From an uncultured virus (IMG/VR IMGVR_UViG_3300042560_001054) (Duplodnaviria > Heunggongvirae > Uroviricota > Caudoviricetes), in the IMG/VR virus record IMGVR_UViG_3300042560_001054: a DNA stretch of 64,000 nt, one strand, 5' to 3'. How positions within the stretch are numbered: position 1 is the stretch's first letter; the number at the start of each line of letters is the position of its first letter. Positions 28,919 through 38,809 of the stretch are shown here, piece by piece. The position numbers and the translations under genes were made by a program. The notes beneath the pieces were generated by a model. The model did not search any database. It saw nothing but the letters and a program-made list of their open reading frames with translations, and was not told the origin of the DNA.

Positions 28919-29322
28919 AGGTTAGGGAAATCCAATCCCCAGCTTCCATAACGCATTAAGCGATTAGGAAGGTCTACTACACCCGCAACCTCTGCTCTAT
29001 ATGGCAGGTCATCTACTAACTTGTCTACTGACTTGTAAGGAGTTGCATACCTAAAAGGATTAGTAGCGTACTGGTCTAAGTTCTGCATCACCTCTACCAA
29101 CTCCTCTTCGTCATGTTTAAAACTTACCAGCTCTAGGGTCCAACCGCGCTTTAGAGTAACGGAATACAGATGACTTAAAACTAAACGATTGTAATGAGTT
29201 TTTGTTTTATTAACAGGAATGATATTAAGGATTTTACGTTTGTCAACGTATTCGTCCACTATCACATCAAAAGTAACTAAGATGCGAGGAGGAAGAGAAT
29301 TACTAATATCACCCTTCTCCAT
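28915..29322 (-). CDS. Hypothetical protein, possibly degenerate HAD-like fold
   Basis: ORF track; coupled on both sides. Confidence 0.55.
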   Translation of the reverse strand: MEKGDISNSLPPRILVTFDVIVDEYVDKRKILNIIPVNKTKTHYNRLVLSHLYSVTLKRGWTLELVSFKHDEEELVEVMQNLDQYATNPFRYATPYKSVDKLVDDLPYRAEVAGVVDLPNRLMRYGSWGLDFPNL

Positions 29323-29621
29323 TAAAACACCTTTATCTTTCCATACTTTAAAAGAAACTCTCTAAACTTCTCTGGGTCTTGTCGTGCTAACTCTGTTTCT
29401 GCAAGAGAAGCTTTTGTCGATACCTCAATTGGATACACCCCTTCGTTTTCAACAATGGCTAACGCAACATACTTAGTATGTTTGCATGTCCCCTTAATGC
29501 TAAACCCTGGGCAGGTGCACCTCAAGTTTTGTTCATCATCTCCACTTACTTCAAAAATCCCTGGTCCTGGATTTGTAGAGCTTTGACTTAAAAAAACTTG
29601 AATTAACTTATATTCACTCAC
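29322..29621 (-). CDS. SWIM zinc-finger protein
   Basis: CTCPGF...CKH; GTG start at 29621 inferred. Confidence 0.75.
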   Translation of the reverse strand: MSEYKLIQVFLSQSSTNPGPGIFEVSGDDEQNLRCTCPGFSIKGTCKHTKYVALAIVENEGVYPIEVSTKASLAETELARQDPEKFREFLLKYGKIKVF

Positions 29622-29829
29622 GCTTACCTTGAATCCCAAAATGACCAACAACATTTAAAGCTACGTCAAAATAAATAGAAGCGGTAGAAAACAAATCCTC
29701 TGGATGGTACAAAGAATCTTTGTCCGAGCCCCAATTGTGCTTTAAATAATTTCTAAGACCTGGTGTAACTATGTCTACAAATTCGTCAGCAGTTAGGTAT
29801 CCGTAATCTCTTAAATCTTTTTTACCCAT
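29614..29829 (-). CDS. Hypothetical protein
   Basis: AAGGA SD before ATG 29829. Confidence 0.55.
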   Translation of the reverse strand: MGKKDLRDYGYLTADEFVDIVTPGLRNYLKHNWGSDKDSLYHPEDLFSTASIYFDVALNVVGHFGIQGKRE

Positions 29830-29977
29830 TGACGTTTTCCTTTGCCCACTGTTTGTACTCAAAATCTAATTCTGCTACATCAATAGTGCCTTCGTAACCT
29901 TGCTCATAAAGATGTTCAAGAAAATCATCATCTGCTACAAGTACTGGCAAACCATCTAAATACACATCTATCTCCAC
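29822..29977 (-). CDS. Small acidic hypothetical protein (51 aa, not in ORF track)
   Basis: AGGAGG SD, GTG start, EIDVYLDGLPVLVADDDFLEHLY... Confidence 0.6.
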   Translation of the reverse strand: MEIDVYLDGLPVLVADDDFLEHLYEQGYEGTIDVAELDFEYKQWAKENVNG

Positions 29978-29979
29978 AA

Positions 29980-30666
29980 CTACCTCCTTAAATCGGTTAT
30001 GTTATCCATGTTTAAATACATGAAAGCTTCATTTGCAAAAGACTCTGTTGCTTCTCCGTAAAGTCCCGACCAATTTTTTAACTCTACATTGGTGGTAACT
30101 ATAGTGGGAAGTCCGTTGTTGTACCGAGTCCTAAGAACGTGGTGAAGCATACTCTTTTGCCAACCAGACAAGCTTGCATGCTCTTTTCCTACATCATCTA
30201 AAACCAAAACTCTTACGTTGTAGGCATCATCTAAACTCTCTCCCAAAATACCGTCGTACAAAAGCTTGTCAGATTCAGTTTGCTCATCCATCAAAGCGCC
30301 CTTCAAATCTAGTAGGGAGTTAAAGGTTATGAAATAGCAGGGGCGGACTAAAGTCTTGCCCTCACCCATCTTCAAAGCCTTAGGGGTAGCCGTACGCATA
30401 ATCTCCTGTAGGAGGGTTACCGCAACGGTCGTCTTGCCTCTACCAGGCAATCCGTAGAGAAGTAGGCCAAGACCGCAAGTTTGACGTCCTACGGCGGTCA
30501 CTACGTTGCCCTTGTAAAGCCCTGTGAGCCATTTAGAGAGGCTATCAAGAGCCTCGGTAGGTACGTCCCTACAGTCGTCTAGCTCCCAGCCAATTCTGGC
30601 CTTTGGAAGGGATGCAATCTGTATCCACGTCCGTCTACGGATAGGTAAATTATCTAAACTGAACAT
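29980..30666 (-). CDS. DnaC/IstB-like AAA+ ATPase (helicase loader)
   Basis: GLLLYGLPGRGKT, LVLDDVGKE, R...LPTIVTTN. Confidence 0.85.
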   Translation of the reverse strand: MFSLDNLPIRRRTWIQIASLPKARIGWELDDCRDVPTEALDSLSKWLTGLYKGNVVTAVGRQTCGLGLLLYGLPGRGKTTVAVTLLQEIMRTATPKALKMGEGKTLVRPCYFITFNSLLDLKGALMDEQTESDKLLYDGILGESLDDAYNVRVLVLDDVGKEHASLSGWQKSMLHHVLRTRYNNGLPTIVTTNVELKNWSGLYGEATESFANEAFMYLNMDNITDLRR

Positions 30667-31478
30667 TAGTCCTCGTCATCAAATAGAGCCAGTTTTTTGG
30701 CTGCCTGAGCCTTGGCCTCAACAATAGCAGTCTCTCTCTGTTCTGGTGTAGTTACAGATATTCGAGCCTGCTCAACAATGGAAGGAGCTATCCGAATGAA
30801 AGAACGCCAAAGATGATTTCCATCTTTATATTTGTCATGCTGGATTGAACTGAAGAAAATATCAATCATGGCAACCTCTATAGCGCCGTTGGTTTGAAAT
30901 TTCTTACGCATACCCGCAAGAGCCATAACAAAACGGGATTGAGTAACGCGGAATGGGGGAATATTCCACAGGTCCATCATGCGGTCGGCAAACTCGTAAG
31001 CCACATCTTTAGAGTTCCACTTAGCAACCTCTACGCTATCTCGATGACGCTTACGTTTATCCATCTTAGCGTTTTGGTCGGTTTCGAAGTCACTTGTGGA
31101 CTTTGAGCCAAATAGGCTTCGATACATCTCATCATTCATGCTTCCCCCGTCCTCTTTGACTTCGTCAAAGAATTTATTTGTAGCTATATATGAGATATCA
31201 GCTTTTAAGCTATTAGAAATAGGGCTAAGGGCTATATCGCTATATAGCGTATCGGAAGGTACAGAAAGCTGTACCTTCTGTGAGATTTTTAAGCGTGTCC
31301 CTATGTTTGAGTTTCTAGTCCTAATTATGTAGCCAGCAGACTCCAGCTCTACAATTAATTTACGACTTTTTGGTCTTCCTATGCCCATAAGAGTACGAAG
31401 GGTTTCTGAATTAACCCGTAAATCAGGGTCAGATACAAAAAGGTTTAATGCATACCTAGCGTCCCTACTTAGACTCAT
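30666..31478 (-). CDS. Putative replication initiator with N-terminal winged HTH
   Basis: LS.DAR...ELESAGYI.R N terminus; low-complexity linker; directly upstream of DnaC-like gene. Confidence 0.55.
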   Translation of the reverse strand: MSLSRDARYALNLFVSDPDLRVNSETLRTLMGIGRPKSRKLIVELESAGYIIRTRNSNIGTRLKISQKVQLSVPSDTLYSDIALSPISNSLKADISYIATNKFFDEVKEDGGSMNDEMYRSLFGSKSTSDFETDQNAKMDKRKRHRDSVEVAKWNSKDVAYEFADRMMDLWNIPPFRVTQSRFVMALAGMRKKFQTNGAIEVAMIDIFFSSIQHDKYKDGNHLWRSFIRIAPSIVEQARISVTTPEQRETAIVEAKAQAAKKLALFDDED

Positions 31479-32109
31479 CGGGGCCTTTTTCCATAGCCTC
31501 TTTGATAGCGCTTGCTATAGCAACTGCAAATATTTTAGCTATCTCTTCAACAGCCTCTAATATTATGTCTGAGGACTCGTATTCCTCTTCGTCATCATCT
31601 TCCTCGTCGTAGTCTTCTTCTTCGTCCTCTTCAATTTTTAAAAAGCTTGATTTGTACTTAGCGTCTTTTTTTACTTCAATAGGGTTAACTTTAGTCTCAA
31701 CCTCTGGCATAGCTGCTACAACAGGTCTAGGTTTTATGTCTGTAGTTATCGGTTTTATGGCAACTAGACCATTAGTTAAATCAAAAGACATTATGCTGTT
31801 TTCTTGAGAACATCTAATTGCCTCAACGCATTCAAAATCTTCGTCATCCCAAAGTATAAAAAACTTTGTTTCTCTGTCTTTATTGTCCGTAACAAAACTA
31901 GAAAAATTTAAATCCGAATACTCTTTATAAGATAAGTTTTTACTATCAGCGTATTGTTTGGACCATACAACGCCCTCAGAAGGGGCTTTATCGTAGATTA
32001 AAGCTATGTAGGTTTCGTCAAACGACTCAATAGTGTCGTTTAATAAAGCCTCTACGTTTGCTCTTGAAGTTTTGCCATTTCCTATAACCGCTATGGTTAC
32101 TCGTCTCAT
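31465..32109 (-). CDS. Hypothetical protein with acidic C-terminal tract
   Basis: AAGGAGG SD before ATG 32109; TG-n-TATGCT extended -10 at about 32135-32143. Confidence 0.65.
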   Translation of the reverse strand: MRRVTIAVIGNGKTSRANVEALLNDTIESFDETYIALIYDKAPSEGVVWSKQYADSKNLSYKEYSDLNFSSFVTDNKDRETKFFILWDDEDFECVEAIRCSQENSIMSFDLTNGLVAIKPITTDIKPRPVVAAMPEVETKVNPIEVKKDAKYKSSFLKIEEDEEEDYDEEDDDEEEYESSDIILEAVEEIAKIFAVAIASAIKEAMEKGPDESK

Positions 32110-32160
32110 TTGGTACCTCCTTGACGGAGATGCCAGCATACACAACTCTTACAAAAAGGG

Positions 32161-34158
32161 CTAGTCTGGTTGCGCCACGAATATAGCCCAAGGAGTTCCG
32201 TGAGTTATAAACTCTCCAACAGTCGCGGCAAGCCTGTTTTGTACTAAAGCTCTGTTTTTATAATAATGACTTCTAGACAATCCTGGAGTACCTTCCCAAA
32301 CTAAATCACTAGTTTGTTGATAACCTCCTGCGCCATCAAAGTACGGGCCTACATACGATGCTCTTTCAAATAACACTGCGTCAACAAACAGTACGTTTCC
32401 AGTTCCACCCGCCCAAGAAACACTAACTTTTGCGTGTACTGCATTGCTAGGAGCTGTTGCAGTTATTGAAACTCGTCCAAAAGCAGTATTTAAATTAGTA
32501 GAAGTTCCAGAACTATTAGAAATTAAGGTTCCACCTTCTGTGTACCAAGATATGTTAGCTGTTGCTGTAGTTGCTGTTCCCGTTCTTTTTGCGTAAAAAC
32601 TTAAAGAATACTCAGAGCCTGCTACAACATTATGAGCAAATGAATCGGTTTCTACAGTTACTGTTCCAGAACTGGTAGGGGTTGCCGTAAGCGATGTAGT
32701 GCTAAAGTCTAAAGCCCCAGTTGCTGAAGTGCTTAACGTTGCATTAGAGGTGCTGCACATCCATCCGCTAGTGTTTACTTCAAAACTTGGATTAGATATT
32801 AAGTTAACTCTGTTTGATATTAGAACAATATCCGTTCTTCTAGCATCAACAAAATTAGTAGGTTCAGCGGAGTTTTCAAATTGAATGGCGTCAATATAAT
32901 GAACTTCTCCGTTAGAACATCCTTCAATTCTTATATAAGGAATAGCAAACTTAGCGTTTGCTGGGGCAGAGGATGTAGAAAACGCGGGCCTAGTCCAGCC
33001 TCCTGTAGTGTTTAACCCACCGGATTCACCAGCAGTTCCTAACAAAGTTTCATTTGCGTCATACCATCTAATGTCAAGAACAACGTTTCTTGCAGTAGTC
33101 TTTGCTCTGCTATATGCAGATAAAGTGTATGACCTTCCGCTTTGAACAGGTATTCCTAAAGTTCTTACATCTAATGTTCCGCAAGCAATTTCAACATCTG
33201 CTGCGCTATTAGCTGTTACTTTTAAAAAGCCAGCTTGACCATTTGGGTAATTAGATGGGGAGGTAACTTCGCTATAAGGTGCTATAGACGGAGTTTCACT
33301 TTCTAAAGTTCCTTGAGCTAATGTAGCGTTAGATACGCTTCTCCAAAAACCTGTTGACTCCTTAAATGAAGACGAATTAACATCTAGCATGTAGTTAGTT
33401 ATTGGGTTAATTCTGCAGTTATACCCAGAAAAAGCAGTAACATAAGTTTTTAGGCCTTGAACAGAACCCTTTTCTGAATAAATTTTAACGGCGTTTCTAA
33501 GAAGAATTCGTGCTTGTTGAAGCCCTACATAAGGTTCGTATTTTAATCCAAATTGATTTAGCATTGGAGGAACTAAACGACCGTCTAAGTTAAGAATGTC
33601 GTATCTTTCGCTTACGTTTTGAGCTGAAGTTTTAAATAAATCGTGTTCAATAGCAAAAATACTTAAAAAATTGTACAGGTCATCGTTTATAGAATCGTCA
33701 TTATCAGATGCAGAAAATGTGTTCTTTATTTTAAAAATTGCTGGGAGATAGTCATAGAATTGTTCTTTAGTTCCATAATTTTTTACCGAGACTCCAATAG
33801 CTTCTCCAGCTTTAACCCAGGTGTTCTGTACAGTTTCTTTTACAAATATCGAATAATAATAAGTGTGACCTGGAATTAAACCAGAGTTTGAAGGAACCTG
33901 ACCTCGGTCTAAATAAAACGTTACGTCGTCTGCAGGAATAGCTTCTACTAGTAAATCCCCATCATCAGGTGTCATTGGAAAACCAAATGGGTTTCTTAGT
34001 AAACGCAACGTGCTCCAAGAACCAGAAGGCTCAGTCCATCTTAATTCAATTTCGTTATAGTCTGTAGATGTGGCTATAAAAGGAGATGCGTCAAAATCTA
34101 CTAAAGTGTTAGCACCATAGAAAGAAATTCCGTAAAAGTCAACGCCATAAATAGCCAT
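32161..34158 (-). CDS. Baseplate/tail protein: P2 gpI-like segment plus carbohydrate-binding-like beta domains
   Basis: YLPAIF...R.LLRNAV.IY.EKGS; NL..NPSFE and DA..FE repeats typical of CBM4-like folds. Confidence 0.7.
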   Translation of the reverse strand: MAIYGVDFYGISFYGANTLVDFDASPFIATSTDYNEIELRWTEPSGSWSTLRLLRNPFGFPMTPDDGDLLVEAIPADDVTFYLDRGQVPSNSGLIPGHTYYYSIFVKETVQNTWVKAGEAIGVSVKNYGTKEQFYDYLPAIFKIKNTFSASDNDDSINDDLYNFLSIFAIEHDLFKTSAQNVSERYDILNLDGRLVPPMLNQFGLKYEPYVGLQQARILLRNAVKIYSEKGSVQGLKTYVTAFSGYNCRINPITNYMLDVNSSSFKESTGFWRSVSNATLAQGTLESETPSIAPYSEVTSPSNYPNGQAGFLKVTANSAADVEIACGTLDVRTLGIPVQSGRSYTLSAYSRAKTTARNVVLDIRWYDANETLLGTAGESGGLNTTGGWTRPAFSTSSAPANAKFAIPYIRIEGCSNGEVHYIDAIQFENSAEPTNFVDARRTDIVLISNRVNLISNPSFEVNTSGWMCSTSNATLSTSATGALDFSTTSLTATPTSSGTVTVETDSFAHNVVAGSEYSLSFYAKRTGTATTATANISWYTEGGTLISNSSGTSTNLNTAFGRVSITATAPSNAVHAKVSVSWAGGTGNVLFVDAVLFERASYVGPYFDGAGGYQQTSDLVWEGTPGLSRSHYYKNRALVQNRLAATVGEFITHGTPWAIFVAQPD

Positions 34159-34164
34159 TTAGTA

Positions 34165-34632
34165 TTACCCAAATACCCAAGCTACTACAGACAGATTGTC
34201 TGTTGCTTCAGCAACGTTTGCAGCAAACACTGCTCCGTTTGGAGATACAGAAGCTACAACTGTTCCAGAAGAGTTTCTCCACTCTTGTAGGTTTGCGCTT
34301 TGACTTGCCGCTCCTCTAACAACAAGAGGTACGCTTGAAGCACTTGTACTTAACAAAATACCGCCACCAGATAGTTTTAAGTACTGAGTGTGCACGTCCC
34401 CAGTAATTCCGTTTTCTATATTTGCAAGTCTAGAAGATACGGTTGCCCAAGAGGTAGCAACGTTTGTGTATGCTCCTGAACCAGTAGTTGAAAGGTTTGG
34501 ATTTATACCAAGTACGCTTTCAATTGCTGTTACCTCTTCTTGAATTAAGTTTGGGTGGGACGCATCGATAGTATCTACAGTGTTTGCTTTTGTAGTAAAG
34601 TTTCTAATCGACCCTGGGTATACGGCTGCCAT
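34165..34632 (-). CDS. Virion structural protein, hypothetical
   Basis: A.YP...F..K...D..DASHPN..QEEV.AIE..LG pattern; baseplate operon. Confidence 0.55.
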   Translation of the reverse strand: MAAVYPGSIRNFTTKANTVDTIDASHPNLIQEEVTAIESVLGINPNLSTTGSGAYTNVATSWATVSSRLANIENGITGDVHTQYLKLSGGGILLSTSASSVPLVVRGAASQSANLQEWRNSSGTVVASVSPNGAVFAANVAEATDNLSVVAWVFG

Positions 34633-34640
34633 TTTTCTCC

Positions 34641-36356
34641 TTAGCTAATTCCACCAGATACATTTACTGTGAATGTTCCTTCTTCTGGCAGTTCATTTAC
34701 TGCGCATACAACAGTGTCTACAACTAACGCTAGGGCAGTACCAGCAGAAGCTGCTGTGCTAGAGATAGTTCCTGAATATGTTTTAGCGTATGTGAACGTT
34801 GTAGAAGAAGGAACAGTTAATACTGTAAACACCCCATTAAAGTTAGCGTTTACTACATCGGCAATTCTTACTTTTTGACCAACTGTAAAGTTGTGTGCAG
34901 CAGAAGTTGTTATGGTTGCTACGTTTGAGGTTAAAGCAAAATTAGACACATTAAATTGTTGTTTTGCGTCTGTTCTACGAAGAATTTCTACTGTAGCGTA
35001 ATCAATACCTGTTACAGCGTTTAGTGCGCTCATTACATATTGAAGAGGGATTGTGTCTGCAAAGAACACGTTGTCTATATTAAATAGCTCTCTTATTGCT
35101 GAAAGAGCTTGGTTTTGAACAATGCTTTGCTTGTATTGAGGCAACAAATTAATAGTGACCTCTAAATCAACAGGCACGTACGCTGGAGGGAAATACGTGA
35201 TTTCGGTTCCAGGAGCGGCTTTTTCTGCAAAATAAGCAGAGAGTTCTGTAACTAGATTATCAAAAATTGGTGTTGTTGAGGTAACTCCCCCTGTTGTTAC
35301 AGAACCACGGTCTCCAAATGGTTTTATAAATAGCAAAATGCTTGAATACACATTAGCTTCTGCAATTGATTTAGCTACTCCAGGAAGTTGAAGAGCTAGG
35401 GAAGCGTAATCTTGAAGAGATACAGCTCTGTTTAAACCTTTTAACGCTAAAGGAGCATTAGTTCTAATAGAATCTGTTGTTTCTGGGTCTGAGCCCCCAG
35501 CCGCTGCTTCCTGGTTGTTAACAGTTACTCCAGATTGAGGATTTGTTAAAAAGAAAGTCAGTTTATTTATAGGAACGTTTCCAGCAGAACCAAGTCCTAC
35601 TCGATATGTTGCGTTAATAGTTCCAGCTGAGGGAGGTATACGACCACCAATACCATCACCAAATTGAACGTAGGTGTACCCTTCAGAATCTGAGAAGGTA
35701 GTAAACACAGGGTCAAATAGGTTATTGTCAATTAAAAATGGGCTGTAAGTATAAGAAACCCCATTTACAGTAATTTCAATGCTGTCTGTAATAGTAGACT
35801 CCTGAGACAGTTTAAATATTTGATTAGGTGTTCCGTTTGACGTTCCAAGTAGTTCAGTAAATGTTTTGCCCTGAGTAGCGTCTACTGTAGCAACTCCGTT
35901 GACTGCTCCAACCTTAGCAGGTACAACAACCGCGTCGTCTGTTTCAAAAACTACTTGAGTAGTAACTCCGTTTACTGTTACAGATGTAGCAATTTGAGTT
36001 CTAGCGGGTACTGTTTTATTTGTAGCACTAGAGTTAGAGAACGTTAGTTCTACGGTAGCTGGGGTGCTCTCAGTTGGGGTGTAGTTGAGCATAGAGGCAA
36101 TTCTAAGAATGCTGTCTCTTTGGCTAGCGGTAGCTAAGAACCCTTCATTAGCAGCTCTGTCAATATAAAAGTTTAGTAAGTCTCCCATATAGGAAAATAG
36201 TTCAACCAGAGTAACTCCAAAGTCTGAAGGGTCTCTGTTAGTCCAATTAGGTGCGTAATTAGGGATTAGATTAAGAAGGTCTTCACGAATGGTCTCATAA
36301 TCCCTAGAGGTGTAATCCACCTGTGGAATATATGAAGAGGAAGCGTTTTCAGCCAT
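34641..36356 (-). CDS. Baseplate wedge protein (T4 gp6/P2 gpJ-like)
   Basis: DYTSRDY, WT..DPSDFG, FGDG..GRIP, GGSDPET, RAVSLQDY. Confidence 0.9.
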   Translation of the reverse strand: MAENASSSYIPQVDYTSRDYETIREDLLNLIPNYAPNWTNRDPSDFGVTLVELFSYMGDLLNFYIDRAANEGFLATASQRDSILRIASMLNYTPTESTPATVELTFSNSSATNKTVPARTQIATSVTVNGVTTQVVFETDDAVVVPAKVGAVNGVATVDATQGKTFTELLGTSNGTPNQIFKLSQESTITDSIEITVNGVSYTYSPFLIDNNLFDPVFTTFSDSEGYTYVQFGDGIGGRIPPSAGTINATYRVGLGSAGNVPINKLTFFLTNPQSGVTVNNQEAAAGGSDPETTDSIRTNAPLALKGLNRAVSLQDYASLALQLPGVAKSIAEANVYSSILLFIKPFGDRGSVTTGGVTSTTPIFDNLVTELSAYFAEKAAPGTEITYFPPAYVPVDLEVTINLLPQYKQSIVQNQALSAIRELFNIDNVFFADTIPLQYVMSALNAVTGIDYATVEILRRTDAKQQFNVSNFALTSNVATITTSAAHNFTVGQKVRIADVVNANFNGVFTVLTVPSSTTFTYAKTYSGTISSTAASAGTALALVVDTVVCAVNELPEEGTFTVNVSGGIS

Positions 36357-36756
36357 TGGTTATCTCCTGAATTAAATCACCTGAAGAACTAAGGATAGCG
36401 GTTTTTAGCTTCACTGTATCCTCCTCCCCAGTAGGAAGTCGATAAAAAACACTGACCTCTAGGGAACCTTGCACAGCGTCAAACACAGGTTTCATAGAAG
36501 TTAGCTCTAATGTTGCCAGCCATTTGCTAAAGGCTTCCCTAATTGTGGTTTCTGCCTTCTCTATAGCTAGGGTTTCGTTTTCAAAAACGGTTTGATTTAC
36601 TAAGCTGCCGTAGTTAGGGCGCATGACTCTTTCGCCAAATCTAGTCATAAGTACTAAAAGAACCCTGTCCTGCCAAATCTTTTTTTGGTCAGTGGAGTAC
36701 GAGAGCTCTCCAAAAGAATTAAAAGAAAATGGTAATGATATTGCTGAACTTGCCAT
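36349..36756 (-). CDS. Baseplate wedge subunit gp25/gpW-like
   Basis: LMTRFGERVMRPNYGS. Confidence 0.88.
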   Translation of the reverse strand: MASSAISLPFSFNSFGELSYSTDQKKIWQDRVLLVLMTRFGERVMRPNYGSLVNQTVFENETLAIEKAETTIREAFSKWLATLELTSMKPVFDAVQGSLEVSVFYRLPTGEEDTVKLKTAILSSSGDLIQEITNG

Positions 36757-37226
36757 TAATATACCCCTATCCAAACTGGGAAATTAGAATCTCCGCCTTC
36801 AAACATTACCCACACCCCTTGGTCAATCCTTGGAACTAGTCTATGTGGAGAATGTTCTGCGGTGGTGTTTGTCTCTTGTTCGTCGTTCCAAAGTTCGTCA
36901 GTATCGGCATCTGTTTTTTTAGGGTGCTTTAAGGTACCTGCACCCGCTTTAGCCACAACCGTTAAAGCTGGGACTGTTTCTGTGTCCCCCCGTGAGTCTG
37001 TAACTGACACAGGTGTCGTAGTTAGAAGTGCTGCAATCTGCGCCGCTGTGTGTTCTTGATGGTCAGGGTGGTTTGAGTTAGAGGTTACAGGTAGACATGG
37101 CCATGCCCATTCGCTTAAAGCGCTTCCCAAAACTTGTGGCACCAGTAGTTTAATGCGTTTGTAGTTCTCTGGGTCTTCGTTTTCTTTACAAATGCCTCTA
37201 TATATTCCGTAGTGTAGGTCGCTCAT
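36756..37226 (-). CDS. gp5/gpV-type spike OB-fold protein
   Basis: YRG...DPE...RIK..VPQV, WAWPC, VP.I..GVWVMFEGGD..FPVW.G. Confidence 0.8.
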   Translation of the reverse strand: MSDLHYGIYRGICKENEDPENYKRIKLLVPQVLGSALSEWAWPCLPVTSNSNHPDHQEHTAAQIAALLTTTPVSVTDSRGDTETVPALTVVAKAGAGTLKHPKKTDADTDELWNDEQETNTTAEHSPHRLVPRIDQGVWVMFEGGDSNFPVWIGVY

Positions 37227-38533
37227 ATAGCCCTCGATATTTTTGAAATTACAGCTGGAGACCTTCTGGGCTCTGCTTTCTTAGCAACTAAGTTACCTTT
37301 ATTAGAAGACCACGTATTGTTAGAAACTTCAAAAGATTTTTTGTTAGGAGCAGTTCTGTTTCTTGAAGTTACTAGCCTAATATCAGAAGTTGGTTTTATT
37401 TGAGGAGAAGAGCTTAACAATTGATTTTTTGGCGCTTCTCTAGTTTGTCTAACGTTAGGCTTAATTACTCTATTTTGAAAAGAAGTAGGAGATGCAGGTA
37501 CTCCTGCTATGTTAACACTACCTAAAGAATCGGTGCCGAGTACAAGATAGGTTGTGTAAAGATAGTAGTTTAATTCTGTCTCTTCTACCCGGTGTTCTGT
37601 TTCCAAAACTGTCCAATAACCGCTGTATGAACCCACTGTATCTAAGTAAACAGGTTTGCCTGGAAGAAGCCTAGAATCTCCAAAAACTACGGCAGTAGCT
37701 CTGTAAGGAAATTTAGAGTTTTCATCAGCAGCTTCTGCTTCATAGGTAGCTACTTGAAAATCGTTTACTACTACCGTGGTAGCGTATTTATCAAATAACT
37801 CGGTTTGAGCTTTCTTTCTAGTCGGTGTTGAACGTCTTTGTTTTGTAACTTGAATTAATTCAGCAGTTCTTGGGTCTATTCCAGTAACTGCAGTTGCAGA
37901 TTTATCTGACAACCCGTGAGACAAAGTTTCTCCAATTACAGGGTTAAACTCGTATATGTGCTGAGCGCTTTTAATTCCGTATTCACCTCGAGTAAAGTAT
38001 AAAGCTTCAGAAATGTTTTCGGTAAACTCTTTTAAATGAGGTTGAAAATATAAGGTGGTTCCTTCTACGTTTAAGCTGTATCCACACTGTTTTGCTAATT
38101 TTCTTAAAAACTCCCAGTCAGTCAATCCTGCTTGAGAAATTTGAGGATACACTCTTGGATGAGGTTCAATTTTGTAAGAAAATCCGTTTTCTACGGCAAT
38201 TTTTTGAGCAATCTCACTAGCGGTAACATTCCTAAACACATCCTGACTAGCTTGGCGCATAACATAAGAAGCTCCAATTGCTGAAACTTCAATAAAGTTA
38301 GAAGCTCCAGTCATATCAGCTTTAATGTCATGAACATACCCAACAAACTCTCGTTTTCCAATGTTTAAAGTTATAGGGGTTCCTGGCTTAACTCGGGATA
38401 CGTCTACCCCCCAATCACGAAATTGAATAGTTGCAAACTCATGATTAAACAGCCCTTGTTTAATATAGGCTGTGTGAACACGGTCTGGTTGAGCAGAGCT
38501 GGTAGGAAAACTAACTTTTACACTATTAAACAC
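37223..38533 (-). CDS. Baseplate hub (gp27/late control D-like)
   Basis: SEIAQKIA, Q...TDWEFLRKLA...GY, GD..L.PG, SGYW.V....H. Confidence 0.82.
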   Translation of the reverse strand: MFNSVKVSFPTSSAQPDRVHTAYIKQGLFNHEFATIQFRDWGVDVSRVKPGTPITLNIGKREFVGYVHDIKADMTGASNFIEVSAIGASYVMRQASQDVFRNVTASEIAQKIAVENGFSYKIEPHPRVYPQISQAGLTDWEFLRKLAKQCGYSLNVEGTTLYFQPHLKEFTENISEALYFTRGEYGIKSAQHIYEFNPVIGETLSHGLSDKSATAVTGIDPRTAELIQVTKQRRSTPTRKKAQTELFDKYATTVVVNDFQVATYEAEAADENSKFPYRATAVVFGDSRLLPGKPVYLDTVGSYSGYWTVLETEHRVEETELNYYLYTTYLVLGTDSLGSVNIAGVPASPTSFQNRVIKPNVRQTREAPKNQLLSSSPQIKPTSDIRLVTSRNRTAPNKKSFEVSNNTWSSNKGNLVAKKAEPRRSPAVISKISRAI

Positions 38534-38807
38534 GAGGAATCCTTAGTAATGTACCAGCTGGAATATTTTGTATATCTTCAATTTCAGGGTTAGCTTCCAT
38601 AATTACCCACCAAAAACCAGGTTTGCCATAAAATTTCATAGCAATATTGTCTAGTCGTTCTCCTTGTTTATATGGATATTCTTGATATGTAAGAATACCT
38701 AGTTCATCAAATTCATAAAAAACAACTGGGTATGCATCTTCATCAGGTTCAAAAGAAATAAAATCAACAACAGAAAGTTCATACCGTGAACCTAGTCTAA
38801 TTGGCAT
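38526..38807 (-). CDS. LysM-like tail/baseplate protein (gpX/gp53-like)
   Basis: GERLDNIAMKFYG...WWVIMEANP...IPAGTLLRIP. Confidence 0.85.
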   Translation of the reverse strand: MPIRLGSRYELSVVDFISFEPDEDAYPVVFYEFDELGILTYQEYPYKQGERLDNIAMKFYGKPGFWWVIMEANPEIEDIQNIPAGTLLRIPRV

Positions 38808-38809
38808 TC

